64,000 bases of DNA, taken from the human T2T-CHM13v2.0 reference genome, Homo sapiens. The position numbers and the translations under genes were made by a program. This document shows positions 11,898-24,699 of the stretch, piece after piece; positions within the stretch are counted from its first letter, which is position 1, and each line of letters begins with the position of its first letter. The notes under the pieces are model-generated. The model ran no database searches and was not told the DNA's origin. It was given only the letters and a program-made list of their open reading frames with translations. The stretch is taken from assembly GCF_009914755.1 (NCBI RefSeq), contig NC_060929.1; one strand, given 5' to 3'.

Positions 11898-14616
11898 GCT
11901 CTGCTTTGCTGATGCTAACGTGAAAAACCATTTCCTGACAATGCACGATACTCGTTCTTTCACATTAACTCTTCAAACGTAACAAAGAATAAAAACGGAA
12001 TTTTTCTTTGGTCCTGTTCTGAGGTATAAATATAACAAGCAGTTAATCAAAGAGATCCAAGAGGTGAAAAGCAGCCTTTAGTCTGTAAGAAATTATTCCA
12101 CCAACAGATAAGAAGTGATCTTTAAGTAATCAGGAAAAATATCATATTTTGTAAACAGACTGACCTTAGTAACACTTTTAAGGATCTTCAGGTGCACTTT
12201 AAATCCAGAAAGCTAAGCAGACACTTTCCCAAAATGTTTGGGTTGTTTTGTGGTCATCAGGACACATACCATGTATCCCAAAGGAGAAAATTATGTCCTC
12301 TGAGGGGAAAAACCTTTTCTAGTAATCCTTTGAACCCACCAAGACTGCTTTTCATACCAATTAGTTCATAAAATGTGTTAGAGATACTTTTCATGCAGTT
12401 TTAAATGTTTTTATTAACATTTTCTCAAGTTGGTGAAAATGTGGTAGATGTAGCTTGGATTTTTTTTTCCAGGCAAGTTAGTCATGATGACTGAGATCCT
12501 GAAAACTATAAAATAATCTATTGTAGACCTACTGAGCTCAATGAAAACAAGTAGCACAGCACATAGTCCTTACCCTTGAGGAGTTTACATTCCACTATGA
12601 GAATTGGGCCACAGAATGAAAAGATTTGGTAAAAATTCAAGGTATCAGGGAGAAAGAGATTATAAAGAAAAAAGACAGCATCTAGGATTCCACCTATTTA
12701 ACATGACCTATTTCTAGCAGTTTCCAAAATCATTTAGTTAAGAGAACATCAGCATTTGCCAATAGCAAATATACTTAGAGGTCCCAAGAAATAAAAGTTT
12801 TCATGGAAATCTCAAAGGCAATAAAAAGGAAAGGCAGGATTTATTTAATTTCTTTTCTGCAAACTGCCTCATTTCCTAAAGGAGGAAATGCCAGGCAAAC
12901 AGTAACTTAAATGGTTGTATTAAACACTCACCCAAGGATGCCATTAATGATAACTGTCCAGAACTTGTTTAAGCTAAATGTCTAGTTCTCCAAATGCATC
13001 GGCAGGGTACAAAATGGGTTGTTGTAAATGGATGTTTTCTAGTTTTCTGCTTTTCCTACAGTGTTCTCACAGAAACAACCATTTCCATCATCATTATCAT
13101 ACTCTTTTTAAGTGAGAAAAGTTACATCCAGTAGAGGAACTATCCCCAATCCAGTAACTGGGACCATCACGGCAATCACATAACAAGTTTAGGAAACGGC
13201 TTAAGGAAATGAGCTAATAACATGACTGCACACAAGCAGATTATCTCTGATTGCTACAAAGAATGCTATTAGGGGGCACCATGTTTCCAAGTGATCATTT
13301 TTCCAGCCTGTTACAGAAAGGTTAATCTGCCGTCCTATTCATAAAATCAATTTAGAATCTTGCCAAATGCAAAAGAATTACATGAAAAAAATCCATCATC
13401 AGGAACTATGCCGACATTTCTTTCAATTGTCTTAGACAAGACTAATTCAGATATTTTCCTGACCATAAATTTACCCATGGAAATAAAGGCTGTATACATG
13501 ACTTTATCAATTACCACTGCTTATCCAGCATGTTGGAGCAGACTCATGTGAGAGGAAAACACAATGGCTGTTTATAAAGGTTCTTATAAAGCTGCTAACA
13601 CCCAAATTATTTACTACATGAGAATGAGGGAACACATCAGAGAAGCTTGCCATACTGTTATTTAACTGCAAAAATACTAAGCCTCCTCCCTTTAGAATCT
13701 CAGAACAACTGCTGAAGTTGTACAATACTAAGGTGTGATGAAATCCCTTCTCTAATCCACATTCTGACAGTCAAATTGTTGCACATATAAACCCCTCCAC
13801 CCCATGAAGGTTAGCATTCCAGGGTTATTTCCAGTCCCAAAACATGGAAATCTGTTTCAACTTGCCCACCTATCTCAGCTTTAGTCAGAGAATTTTGCCT
13901 AAATCTTAAGTATCTATATTTCACTCTTAGTTTAGAAAGATCTAGTGGCCAACTACACCAGTTTTTCGCCCTTGCCTTGCAGCAGATCAGATTGTGAAAT
14001 GTAAATCAGAATACCTTTCACCTGCAAAATGACTAACATAATTGCCAACACAAATTTCCTCAGGCCCTGAGGGGGTTTTCAGAGGCACTTTGGCCACCTG
14101 GTCACTCTGAAACAAGTCAATTGTGAACATAAAACTCAAATCTTGCTTGGGAACGTAGCCTGGGAAAAGGGGAAATTTGCCATTCCCAGATGAAGTCAGT
14201 TTCTCGGTTGGGCTGTTTTGTCTGTGAATAGCATTTCATAGTTTCTGTGAAATCTAAATTTCAGATATTACTGTAGGCTAAAACAAAAAGGAAGAGCTGT
14301 GTGCCCTTTCAGACACAGAAAACCCAGTGAAGGTTCAGCAATAAGGGTTAAGATGCAAAAGGCAGGCCGAAACGGGAAATTTAAGGATACCCCACTCCGG
14401 ATGGATTACATCCAAGGCCCACTTATCTGAAATGGAATTAGACCAAATGTCAAGAGGAAAGAATGGCCAGGCTTACCCCTTCGTGTTTTGGGAAGAGCTA
14501 GTCTGAATGTTTTGCTGACATTTGAAGTATAAAAGGGTCTTATTGTAAACTCTGGACCCCCAGAAGGCCTGCTTCTAGAGAACTGTGAAAGGAGAGATTA
14601 GTTGGGGGAGCCTCAC

Positions 14617-14802
14617 CATCGGATTCCACCCTTCAATCACGTTAGACACAGAGCTTTAGCCACTTCTTTGCTTAAAGTCATGCATGTGGTCAAAAGTTTA
14701 ATTATATCACCGGCTGCATCAGCAAGCATATTGTCTGCCATCCACAGGAGGGATAAACCTTTTTTGGAGCGCGGGGGTTCAGACATTGCTGTGGAAGACT
14801 TC
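14617..14802 (-). ncRNA. Candidate internal exon (186 nt) with stops in all three frames
   Basis: Acceptor ctaagatttcag|GAAGTC, donor CCGATG|gtgagg; non-repetitive and retains CpGs. Confidence 0.5.
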
Positions 14803-15019
14803 CTGAAATCTTAGGTTATGCCTGACAGTTGGCATTTTTTTCCTTAACTGATCAAAGAACATAGCCTGGGTCCTGATAAGATTATAAAAGATTTCTCTCG
14901 AATTCTCAACTTTTGGTGAGGCCTCTACTCTCTCGCCAAACAGCTGAGTTTTTAATGGATTGTGTCTCAAGACAATCAAATTGGCACCTTTGACATAACT
15001 GACTGGTTCTTTGCCAGCC

Positions 15020-15130
15020 AGTCATTCCTCCATTCAATCAACAAGAATTTATTAAATGCTTAGGTGCTGAGAAGATGCAAAAGTGTGCCTCTCCTAGAGA
15101 AGTCTGCAATCTAAGCAAAGCACCACGTAA
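15020..15130 (-). mobile_element. L2 3' end fragment
   Basis: cattcaatcaacaagaatttattaaatgcttaggtgctg is the antisense L2 terminus pattern. Confidence 0.55.
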
Positions 15131-15718
15131 TTAAACTAGCTATGAGTCAATCCAACTGGTTATGCATGTATACCAGGCCAAAATCCATGAAGTCTGAGGT
15201 AACTACAAATTTCATTTTGGAAATTGAGAAATGTTGATGATAATCAGTTTTGGGTTGTGGATTTCAGGGGTGGTTTCGGGCAAGGAGTAACTGCCCTGGA
15301 CACCAACCCAGAGAGTCCCAAGAGGGGGCCACACGAGGCCAAAACCAGTTCCCAGTTCTAATCAGTAGAGGAAAAAAAGTGAGAAATTTCTAGACCTTTT
15401 AAATACATAACTTTCAGTTTGAATCTGAGTGTTCTAAAAATTGTAATATATGTAAAAGAATACCAGAAAAAATAAATGATAAATGGCCTACCTCAGACTT
15501 ATCAGGCAAGAGGCACCCTTATAAGCATCCACTGTTCAGAGCATCTGTCCAATTAATACTGATGGTGACAGACTTTTGTTCTCCCCAAACACACACACTC
15601 ATACCCATGTACATTTGCCAAGCAGAATTCTTTTTGCAGTAAAAAGGACATGATGGCAACATGATTCGCAAAAGGAAATGACACTGCTGTCTGAAATTAA
15701 AAGGGAGCCTGCGATGAT

Positions 15719-15934
15719 ATGGGGCTGGCTTCTACGCTGGACATGGTAGGCCCAGTGCCTAAGACCCCAGCAGTGTTTTAATTTCTTTTAAAATAAATAA
15801 AATCCAGCCTTGATCACATTTGTATTTACACCAACACAGTCATAAGACAAAATTTTAATTTTTTTAATGGAGGAAAGGACCCATAAAGACAAAAGTGCAT
15901 AAATGGTGTCCACATGAAGCACACTGTGGCCCTG
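15719..15934. mobile_element. hAT-Tip100 non-autonomous DNA transposon (ORSL-like)
   Basis: Ends ggggctggc...gtggccctg; internal ggcccagtgcctaag and ttttaatggaggaaaggaccca match a recalled consensus. Family name is less certain than the class. Confidence 0.55.
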
Positions 15935-15989
15935 ATCAACTCTGCCACTTCCTGCTTGCCCACTGCATGCCTTGAACTCTACATACCCT

Positions 15990-16345
15990 CTCTACTCTTC
16001 CCAACAACCCTGGAAGTTAAGCATTAACACTGTCCTTATTTTATACAGAAGGACATTATAGTGCAAAAAGCTTTGGTAATCATGATGCAGAAGAAAGACC
16101 ATAGATTTTGGACACAAACACAGCTGGATTAGAATTCCGGCTCATCCATTAACCAACTGTGTGACATGGAGCCAGGTTCAACTTTCCAGAGCTAAGAGAA
16201 TGAAGTAAAATATATACAAAGAGCTAGTACAGAATAAGCAAAAAATAGTGGCCATTACTGTAATCATTACTACTGTTTGAACGGCTAGTGGCTGAACCAG
16301 CATTCTAACTCAGGTCTGCTGCTGAAGTCTTTTCTTTATCCACAG
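15990..16345. mobile_element. Nested MIRs (minus-strand MIR split by a plus-strand MIR at ~16085-16270)
   Basis: Antisense core ccttattttatacagaagga is followed by a sense MIR (gattagaattccggctc...tgtgtgacatgg), then the antisense copy resumes (gctagtggctgaaccagcattctaactcaggtctg). Confidence 0.55.
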
Positions 16346-17346
16346 TGTTTCTCTTTAGAACTGCATGACAGACAAGAGGCTCCAAGAAACATATAGTTGT
16401 GTGACCCAGTCTTAAAAAGAAAAAAGAAAAAAAAAAGACCACCCTTGAATAAAATCATTCCATACCAGAATAATAATAATAATAAAAGCCACAGTTAATA
16501 GTATTATAGTCCTTTTCTCTCTCTCTGTCTGAATAATAGAAATGAGCAACATGACTTGATAATTTCAGTTCAAAAAAAGCACAGGGTGAATTCATCATTT
16601 AGTTGAAATGTTTTCATCCACCAAAGAGGCTGCACCCCAAATTCACTTCCAGCAGAACTTCAATATGCCCCACCTTGCTGCACGAGTGGCACTTCTGACC
16701 TTTGCATCCTTCAGAGATTTCACTTTTTAGCCAAAAGATCTCTTTCTAGTTCTTTGCAATATTTTAACTATATAACAAAGAGACAGATGTTTAATCAACT
16801 ACAACTCAGAATATTTATAATAAAACTCTTTATCCATAAATCTCTTAACAGTTTACAGTCATCCATAGCATTTCCTGGACTTTCAAGGCTGATTTTATAT
16901 GCTTTGGGTGAGAATTTCAACCATAATTCAGCCCCTCAGAAAGGTCTATTAGTGGACTATATAATCACACTTTTAAGGGTGCTTGACAAGTCTATATAGC
17001 TGCACACAAATTACATTTTAAAGAGTTCTTTTCAGTGACCAACTGCCAGTGCAATTGAAGATACTTAATATTAAAAGTTAAATATCTGACAAGACCTTAT
17101 GAACACTGAAGAATGTTCCATTTAGAGAACATTTTTATAATATACAGAATTCTACACCTACATTTAAAAATTAGGAACATTTGCATGAGAACAGGGTCTA
17201 TATTTTAATCAACTCATTTTCTCCAGCTATTTATTTCCTCTCACAAGGATCTTCTTCTCTTCATGATCATCTGAAATTATGATAAATTAGGGTGAGCAAC
17301 TGCACAGCACAATACTTACACCCTTTCACAGGAAAAAAAAGAAAAA

Positions 17347-17606
17347 CCTGTAATCCCAGCACTTTGGGAGGCCCAGGCAGGCAGATCATGAGGTCAGGAG
17401 ATCGAGACCATCCTGGCTAACACGGTGAAACCCTGTCTCTACTAAAAATACAAAAATTAGCCGGGCATGGTGGCGGGAGCCTGTAGTCCCAGCTACTCAG
17501 GAGGCTAAGGCAGGAGAATGGCGTGAACTCGGGAGGCGGAGCTTGCAGTGAGCCGAGATGCGCCACTACACTCCAGCCTGGGCAAAAGAGCAAGACTCCA
17601 TCTCAA

Positions 17607-17640
<34 letters not shown>
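17347..17640 (+). mobile_element. AluY, 5'-truncated
   Basis: Y diagnostics gagatcgagaccatcctggctaacacgg and ggagaatggcgtgaac; A/GAAAA tail; flanking aaaaaagaaaaac repeat consistent with a TSD. Confidence 0.95.
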
Positions 17641-17651
<11 letters not shown>

Positions 17652-19089
17652 CAACCACAAACACCACAGAAAAATAAGCATGCGCCCACATTGTGTTGTA
17701 CCACTCCATTAGCTGTGTCCACACAAAAGTGTGGCTGTTTTGGTCAATTTGTTGTTCTCCAAATTGTAGAAATCATGGATTTTAAAATCAGCATGTTCCA
17801 AAAAAACGAGCTTAGAGAATTTCCTGATCTCAGCATTGAGCCAGTACGTTGAGAATATGTTTTTTTACCGTAAATTTGTGCTTTGGATGAAACTGGAAGA
17901 AGACTTTGAACAAGAAATTTTTAAGATGTGTGTGTACAAAATATATGGTTGTAGCAAGACCTCATTAAAGTTGAGCAATTCAGGCTGTGAACAACATTGC
18001 CAGCCAGGCTGTTTAATTCAGATCTAGTTCCCTCCTCCCCAGCATGCTCATCTGCCAAAACTGCATTAATAACTTCCAGAAACATCGCATTTTTCACCTT
18101 GGAACAAACTAATACAGGTTAAACTGTTTCATAAACACAGTACTGAAAGAGACCTCAGAAATAATTTAGTCTACCTCTTTCCCCACTTGCTAAACTTTCA
18201 TTCCCTTTGTGATATGATCCTGAGAGATTATTCATTATCATGGTCCTTTACCCCGGAGACATGAAGGAATAACAAAGAGCAACAGAGACACGCTGTGCCT
18301 TTAGGGATGTTAACAGCCAAAAATAGTGAAAAATTCCACTAGTCTACAGCACATCGAATATCTGATTAAGCTGCAGGCCAGAATTATACTTCAGTTTCAA
18401 TGAAAAGTGTTTAAAATCAGTTCCAAAGCCATCTACACTAGTGACCAAGTGCTGCTAGAGCCTTCACCGCCAGGCCCAAGGCTGGGATTGAATTTCCCCA
18501 GACAGTTCACTACTGCAGACAATAACAGTTGCCACATTCAAGTTTCATATGTTATAACACCCTGTGATTTAGACTCAAGTTCCACTTGTACAGCTGCCTG
18601 CTTAGTGTGTAAATGGGAACAGGGAGTAGAATCTAGGTCCCCAGCCCAAGGAAAACAGATCCTTTTATATCTTAAGAGACAAACTGGCTGTCCTGAAGCC
18701 TCATGAGAACCCAAAACTCCTATATCATTTTAGCAGCAAAAACATCTCTGCTCAATATTCAGAAGATTTTAGCTACACGTTGCAGGTTCTTCTTATATGA
18801 CCAACATCAAATGCAAAGAAGTAAAAGAAAATCAGAGACAGAAAGCACCTCAAACTTCTATCTCTACAAAGAAAGGGAGAAAATGAACTGCTTTGCATAG
18901 GTACCCAGAAAAATCCTGGTGCCTAAAGTCTTATTCTAAGTACACAGGTATCAATCAGTCGTATATAAGTGAAAGATGAGTGTAACAAAAAAGAGACTGA
19001 AGACTTTTACAAAAATAAATTGTTAGTAACTCTAATAGAGAGATAAAATATTACTTATAAGTCCATTTTTACTTCAACTAGTATAGTGT

Positions 19090-19325
19090 CAAATGTTTTT
19101 GATATGCTAAAGCATCTACCAAGTACCAGACTGGAATATAACAGGTACTCAAAAAATATGGGTAGAATGAACAGATATTTTTAAACTACTTGTATTCATG
19201 AATTGTTCCACATATCTACATAGGAAATTAAGTTCATTTGGGGCTGAGATGATGCTTTGTTCACTTTAGCAAATGTAAGACAGGATACTACAAATAGTAA
19301 GTGATTCAATAAATGTTTAGAGAAC
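19090..19325 (+). mobile_element. Two L2 3'-end fragments
   Basis: caggtactcaaaaaatatgggtagaatga and gtaagtgattcaataaatgttt. Confidence 0.45.
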
Positions 19326-20614
19326 ACAATATGGACCTCCTGAAGATGCTAAAGACCTGTAAATTACCATCTTTAGTCAGTTTAGGAAGCTAAACAAGAA
19401 ATGTGGTATTGCTCAATTTAGGCGATCAGAGACCACTTTCCACTGAATTCTGCTACAGGCCCCAGAATGGAATATTTTGGAACATAAAAGTGACTCCTCC
19501 ATTACTGTCCAAATGATATTCCTTCAAGCTAATGTTTAAATGTTATTTTTATTTTCATCAAGCCCCAAAAGTAAATGATTTAAAGTAAAACTAAACATAA
19601 TTTCTAAGGAATTTATGAAGATCTTGTACAAAAAAAAAAAAGTAAAAATAAATGACCTCACTCTCTTTTTTCCCTTTTTCTGTTCCTTTCCTCTTCTACT
19701 CTCACCAGATTAATGTCAATAATCCCACATTCCATTTCAAACAACAGATGAATAGATAGAAGATTAGCTTTTCACAGAAACAGCTGTAAATAACTATAAT
19801 CTAGTTAGTAGGATTCCTTTATGGCTTGAAGGGTTATAACAACAGGAGTCCTAAATTTCCCTGATCAAAAACTTTAATTCCCTCCTATAGGGAAACAACA
19901 GGACATCTTCTAAAGTTCAACAACAAGGTCATGTATACAACATTTATATATATGAACTAATCATAAAGAACCAGGGTAAAGAATTTTAATCCTATAAAAT
20001 TTAGGTATACAAAGATCCAAGGATCTCATAACTAAATATTTTCTAACAAAAAGTGAGAGGAAAGGTAGCTTAACATCAATCAGTTCTCAATGTCCTAAGA
20101 GTGACTTTCTCTCCCTAAAAAATAGAGCATCCTAAGAGAATGTCCAAATAAGTCTGGCTAAATTTAAAACAACTCAAAGTGAAGTAGGAATAATTTATTC
20201 AACAAAATATTCTGGTTCAGACTGAAGTACCTGGAAAAAGAAAATATGAAAATATCAGGTTTAATGGCATAGTAATAATTTGGATATAAAAATATTAATT
20301 GTGCACTACTATTTACTGAGCGTCGGCAAGGCAACAGAAATACAATGGGCACAATTTCCCTACTCTTTAATGTGAACTTGCTTTTCCAGACATCTTCCCA
20401 ATGAATGAGTTTTTACAGAAATGCTTCTTGCTTGGTAAGAAGCAAGAGAGCAGTCTGAAGAACTGGGCCCATCCCTTTGGAGCATCTGCGTGGGTTACAC
20501 TATGGCTAGGGAGCAAAGACAGAGTGGACACAAGGTAGAAAAAGGATCTACATAATGGGACGTCAGCACTGTTAGGGAAAATTGGTTTATACCTCAGTAG
20601 ACAGACATGAAAAC

Positions 20615-20840
20615 TGCTTACTTATAACAAGTACTTTATATGGAATTAGACAGCTCTTACCCATTAGTTCGATCAATCTTTTATTTGATCATTTCATGAG
20701 GCACAGACAAACTGAATATTTTCATTCTCTTTACCACCAACTGTGGAAGACACCCAGAGCCAACCAGACATCACAGACATAGGCCAAATCCAGGTAGGTT
20801 TTCTGGTGACCACAGACCTGCACACTTAATCTACACCTCA
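20615..20840 (-). mobile_element. MIR fragment
   Basis: Diverged antisense MIR layout. Confidence 0.4.
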
Positions 20841-21624
20841 GAGCAAAGATAAGGGCCATAATGCTAGTTCATAGTTCCAGAAGAATCCACTGTGGATCCA
20901 CACAGGCTCGGCGTCCACAGGGGATTATGTATCTCTAGGGAAAGGTCACATGTAAACATTCCCAAAGGTTCTAATTAGCTCTAGGGGATATCACTGAGGT
21001 CCAGGCTACTCTGGGAATATCAAGATTTTCCCCACAGGACCAATCAGAATCCCCTTAGGAAATCTACAAAACAGAACTTTGTCCTCAAGAGATCGATGAG
21101 TTGGGCAATAAACCAAGACCACTGCTTGAGTTATTCTCTGAGGCAACATCAAACTTTCATGGTGACTGGGATCCAGTATTGGCCATATTTGCCTAAACCA
21201 ACGGCCTCTAAACGCCAAGGAGGCAAACTCACTGAAGATGAACCCCATTTTGATGTCCACACAGCCCCAAATTCAGTCCTTTCAGAAAAAGGAGTATAGC
21301 CAAGGCACAGTCCAGGTAGCTGGCTGCAGCATTTCCCCTGAGATTTATATATTCCCTAAATTTATTATTTAAGCATAAATAACCTTTAAATTCAATAGTT
21401 GGACATTTCTCTCTCAAATATTATTTTGGATAGTCATTGCCTTCAGAATCTTGCCAGTCTGTCTTCTGTTGTGCAAAACTCAACCATTAAGAAATTTAAT
21501 GGGCACAATTAATGTCTCTGATTTGTTTTCCTTCCCAGGTGACAGCATTTACTGATAGTTACTGCTGATGAGCAACTTGCTATCAACTTTTATAGTTGCT
21601 CCTGCTTGCTAGCCATGGGACTTT

Positions 21625-21690
21625 GTGTGAATTTCTAGTATATAGTAGGCACTCAATAAGTGTTTGTGGAACAAATGAACGAATGAACCC
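21625..21690 (+). mobile_element. L2 3' terminus
   Basis: tagtaggcactcaataagtgtttgtggaacaaatgaacgaatgaa. Confidence 0.65.
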
Positions 21691-24397
21691 AGCTGCTGCT
21701 AAAATACTATGAGGCTCCATATAAAGAATGTAAGAGGTTTGACCCATTGCAGGCACTCAGTAATTGAGGCAAGGGCAGAAGTGGCGGTGATGGTGGACAA
21801 GGTAATCAGAGTGGTCACAACGTAGCAAGTCTTCTTCTGGTTATTCTAATGTAGGGAAAACAAGCACATCAAATGGAAAATATTCCCTGGTCAGTAGGGA
21901 AAGTCAATTGCTGATATTATGGGACTAGTGAGGATCATGATTACAGATGGGCAGTCCCCATGGGCTACAAATGGTATGGAAATCTACCCTGGGAATAAAT
22001 CCCTTCCATTCCTGCAATGGATGGGGATAAAAGTGGAATAGGATTTGAAGAACACAGTTTCATGCAATATCAATGGCAATAAGTAGGTACAATTTTCTGC
22101 TTTTCACTTATCATAAGAGTTACTGGATGGAAATTCTAAGTTAACTTCTAGAAAATACCAAGCCCAAGGACCCTCTCATAGGCACCCAGCAGCTGGCTTA
22201 TTCCTATTGCACTACATCAAGGGCACAAAGGAGTTTTTCCTTATACCCTAAATTTCTTTCCATTTCTGATGGCAGCAACAGCCAATTCAAGGCAAGCAGG
22301 AAAGCAGTTTGGGGATCTGGAAAGATAAATTCTTCTAAAAGAGGGAATGATAGCTCAGTGACAGTACTGATAAATTCTAAACAATATTAGGCCATATAGA
22401 GAAATAGAAAAACCTGTGAATAGCACCCATTTCTTATCTAAAAAGCACAAATAAGGGAAGAGTTTTCAGAAGGAATCTGGATGAGCCAAATTATTAGGCC
22501 AGATACTACACCCACTATCCAACAGGTGAAGGTAACTACAAGAAAAGGGGATGGTAGGGTAGGGATTTTATTGAATTAGTAAATCCTTTAAAATCAAGTC
22601 AATCCCCAAATATGGAAAAGATAATTCTCTTTCCATGAGAGAAGTTGAAGTGGTGCCATAACAGAAATTAGCCCTAAATGTTTCAGAACTGTGGTTAGAA
22701 GTTAAGTTACATAAGAACATCTGGATGGCAATCAATCAGTGGAAGATATTATATGGTATAAAGTAAAATTACATTTTGGGGACAGTTTAGTTCACTGGTA
22801 TGTTTAATGCTGCTTTGGATAGCACAGTGAGTAAAACTGCTGAAATGAAGACTACTATGAAAAGCAGATCACTCAAAGAGAAAAATCAGACTGACATCAA
22901 AATCCCCATCAAACTAAAGCTAGAGTGGATGCAATTTTTTTAATGACTTATCTTGCCACTGGTCTGAAAAATATTGTTTATCGTGTTTTCCTTTGTTTCT
23001 GAATTCTTTGGTCAACTCATGGGATTGCTCGAATTCAGTTATTTTTGTTGTATTCAATCATGCTCAATTAAGAATAAAGCCTGCCTAAGTAAAACTCATG
23101 AAGTAAAGATCTACAATTACAATAATTGCAGTAATGGTTTTTAAAGATACCGCATATCTAGATCTCAGGAAAAGTAAGCTGGTCTTTTCTATAAAAAACT
23201 AGACCAAAGAAAGAAAAAGATGGTAAACAAATCTCCATCCCTAACTAGGGCTATTGAGTACACAACTGAAATAGCCAACCTCATAAATTCACCTTTATAA
23301 AGAACAGCTAAAAGCATGAGATTGAGGGAGGACGTAGAACTATGAACAGAGGGTAAAAATGTAGGACAAGTCTCTTCCATGCATCTGGACCCAAGAAAAT
23401 GGACCCTGTGCTACTGTATTCCAGGCATCCCTAGAGTGCTTTCACTGGATGACTGTTTTTATTACCCCTCTACCCAAAATAATTATTATCTATTAATGCG
23501 TACATTTAAAATCCAAGGAGTGGTTTAAATGTGGTTCAATTTTATGGGAAAATAGCTCCAATAGCCTTGTATTTACAGAAATGTACCAATCTTAAAGGAA
23601 CATAGCCACTCAACAAAGCGAAGTGTATCTGTTCAGAAGGAAACCAAGAACACTCCTTCAAAATGGGTTATTTTAAGGAAATAATTTAGGTTAAAAATTA
23701 GAGATAATTTTGTCTTCAGAAGTTTTCAGCTGTTAAGCATATCACTGCCTTACCAAAGAATACTTCAGAGTCTCTATTTCTGGAAAAATAATTGTAAGAG
23801 TTAACAACTGCCATTCAGATATGACTAGGGGTAATCTTACATGGACACAGAAGGATCAACTAGATTATTTTCTATGGAATCTTCCCAGATCCATGAATCA
23901 CTGCACACTAAATGGATGTATCAGATTTCTTGTAGATTGCATTTATTTTCACCTATGTCTCAGTAAAATGTAGAAAGCAGGGAATATTAGGGAATGTGGG
24001 TTAATTTTCTATCTAAAATCCTAATAGCATCCAAAACCCACTTAAATGATTAACATTCATGACATATAAAAATTCTCGATAACATGCTTAACGAATCATG
24101 CCATTTCTCTTCCCCTTCTCCCCCTCCTGTCCTTGTCTCCTCCTTCTTATCCTAGAGAAGTAGTAAAAGTGGAAGCCTCTTGGCCTCCAAAGAAACCTGA
24201 AAGTTATTTCAGGACTCTCAGAAGACTTCTTGACCTACTTGTATGCTGGGAAAAAAAGGAGAGGAAAAGTGGCAAGAAATACGTACAGTTTTTAAAGTTA
24301 TGAAAAATCAAGCATTTACACTTGAAACTGTATATGTAACAGTTATCATGCTCTAAGACAATGACATCAGTTTTCTCCTTGTTTTTGCCACCTATAG

Positions 24398-24699
<302 letters not shown>

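Noticed and set aside
14637-14639. In-frame TGA as a possible selenocysteine codon
   Set aside because: No resemblance to known selenoproteins and no SECIS element recognised.
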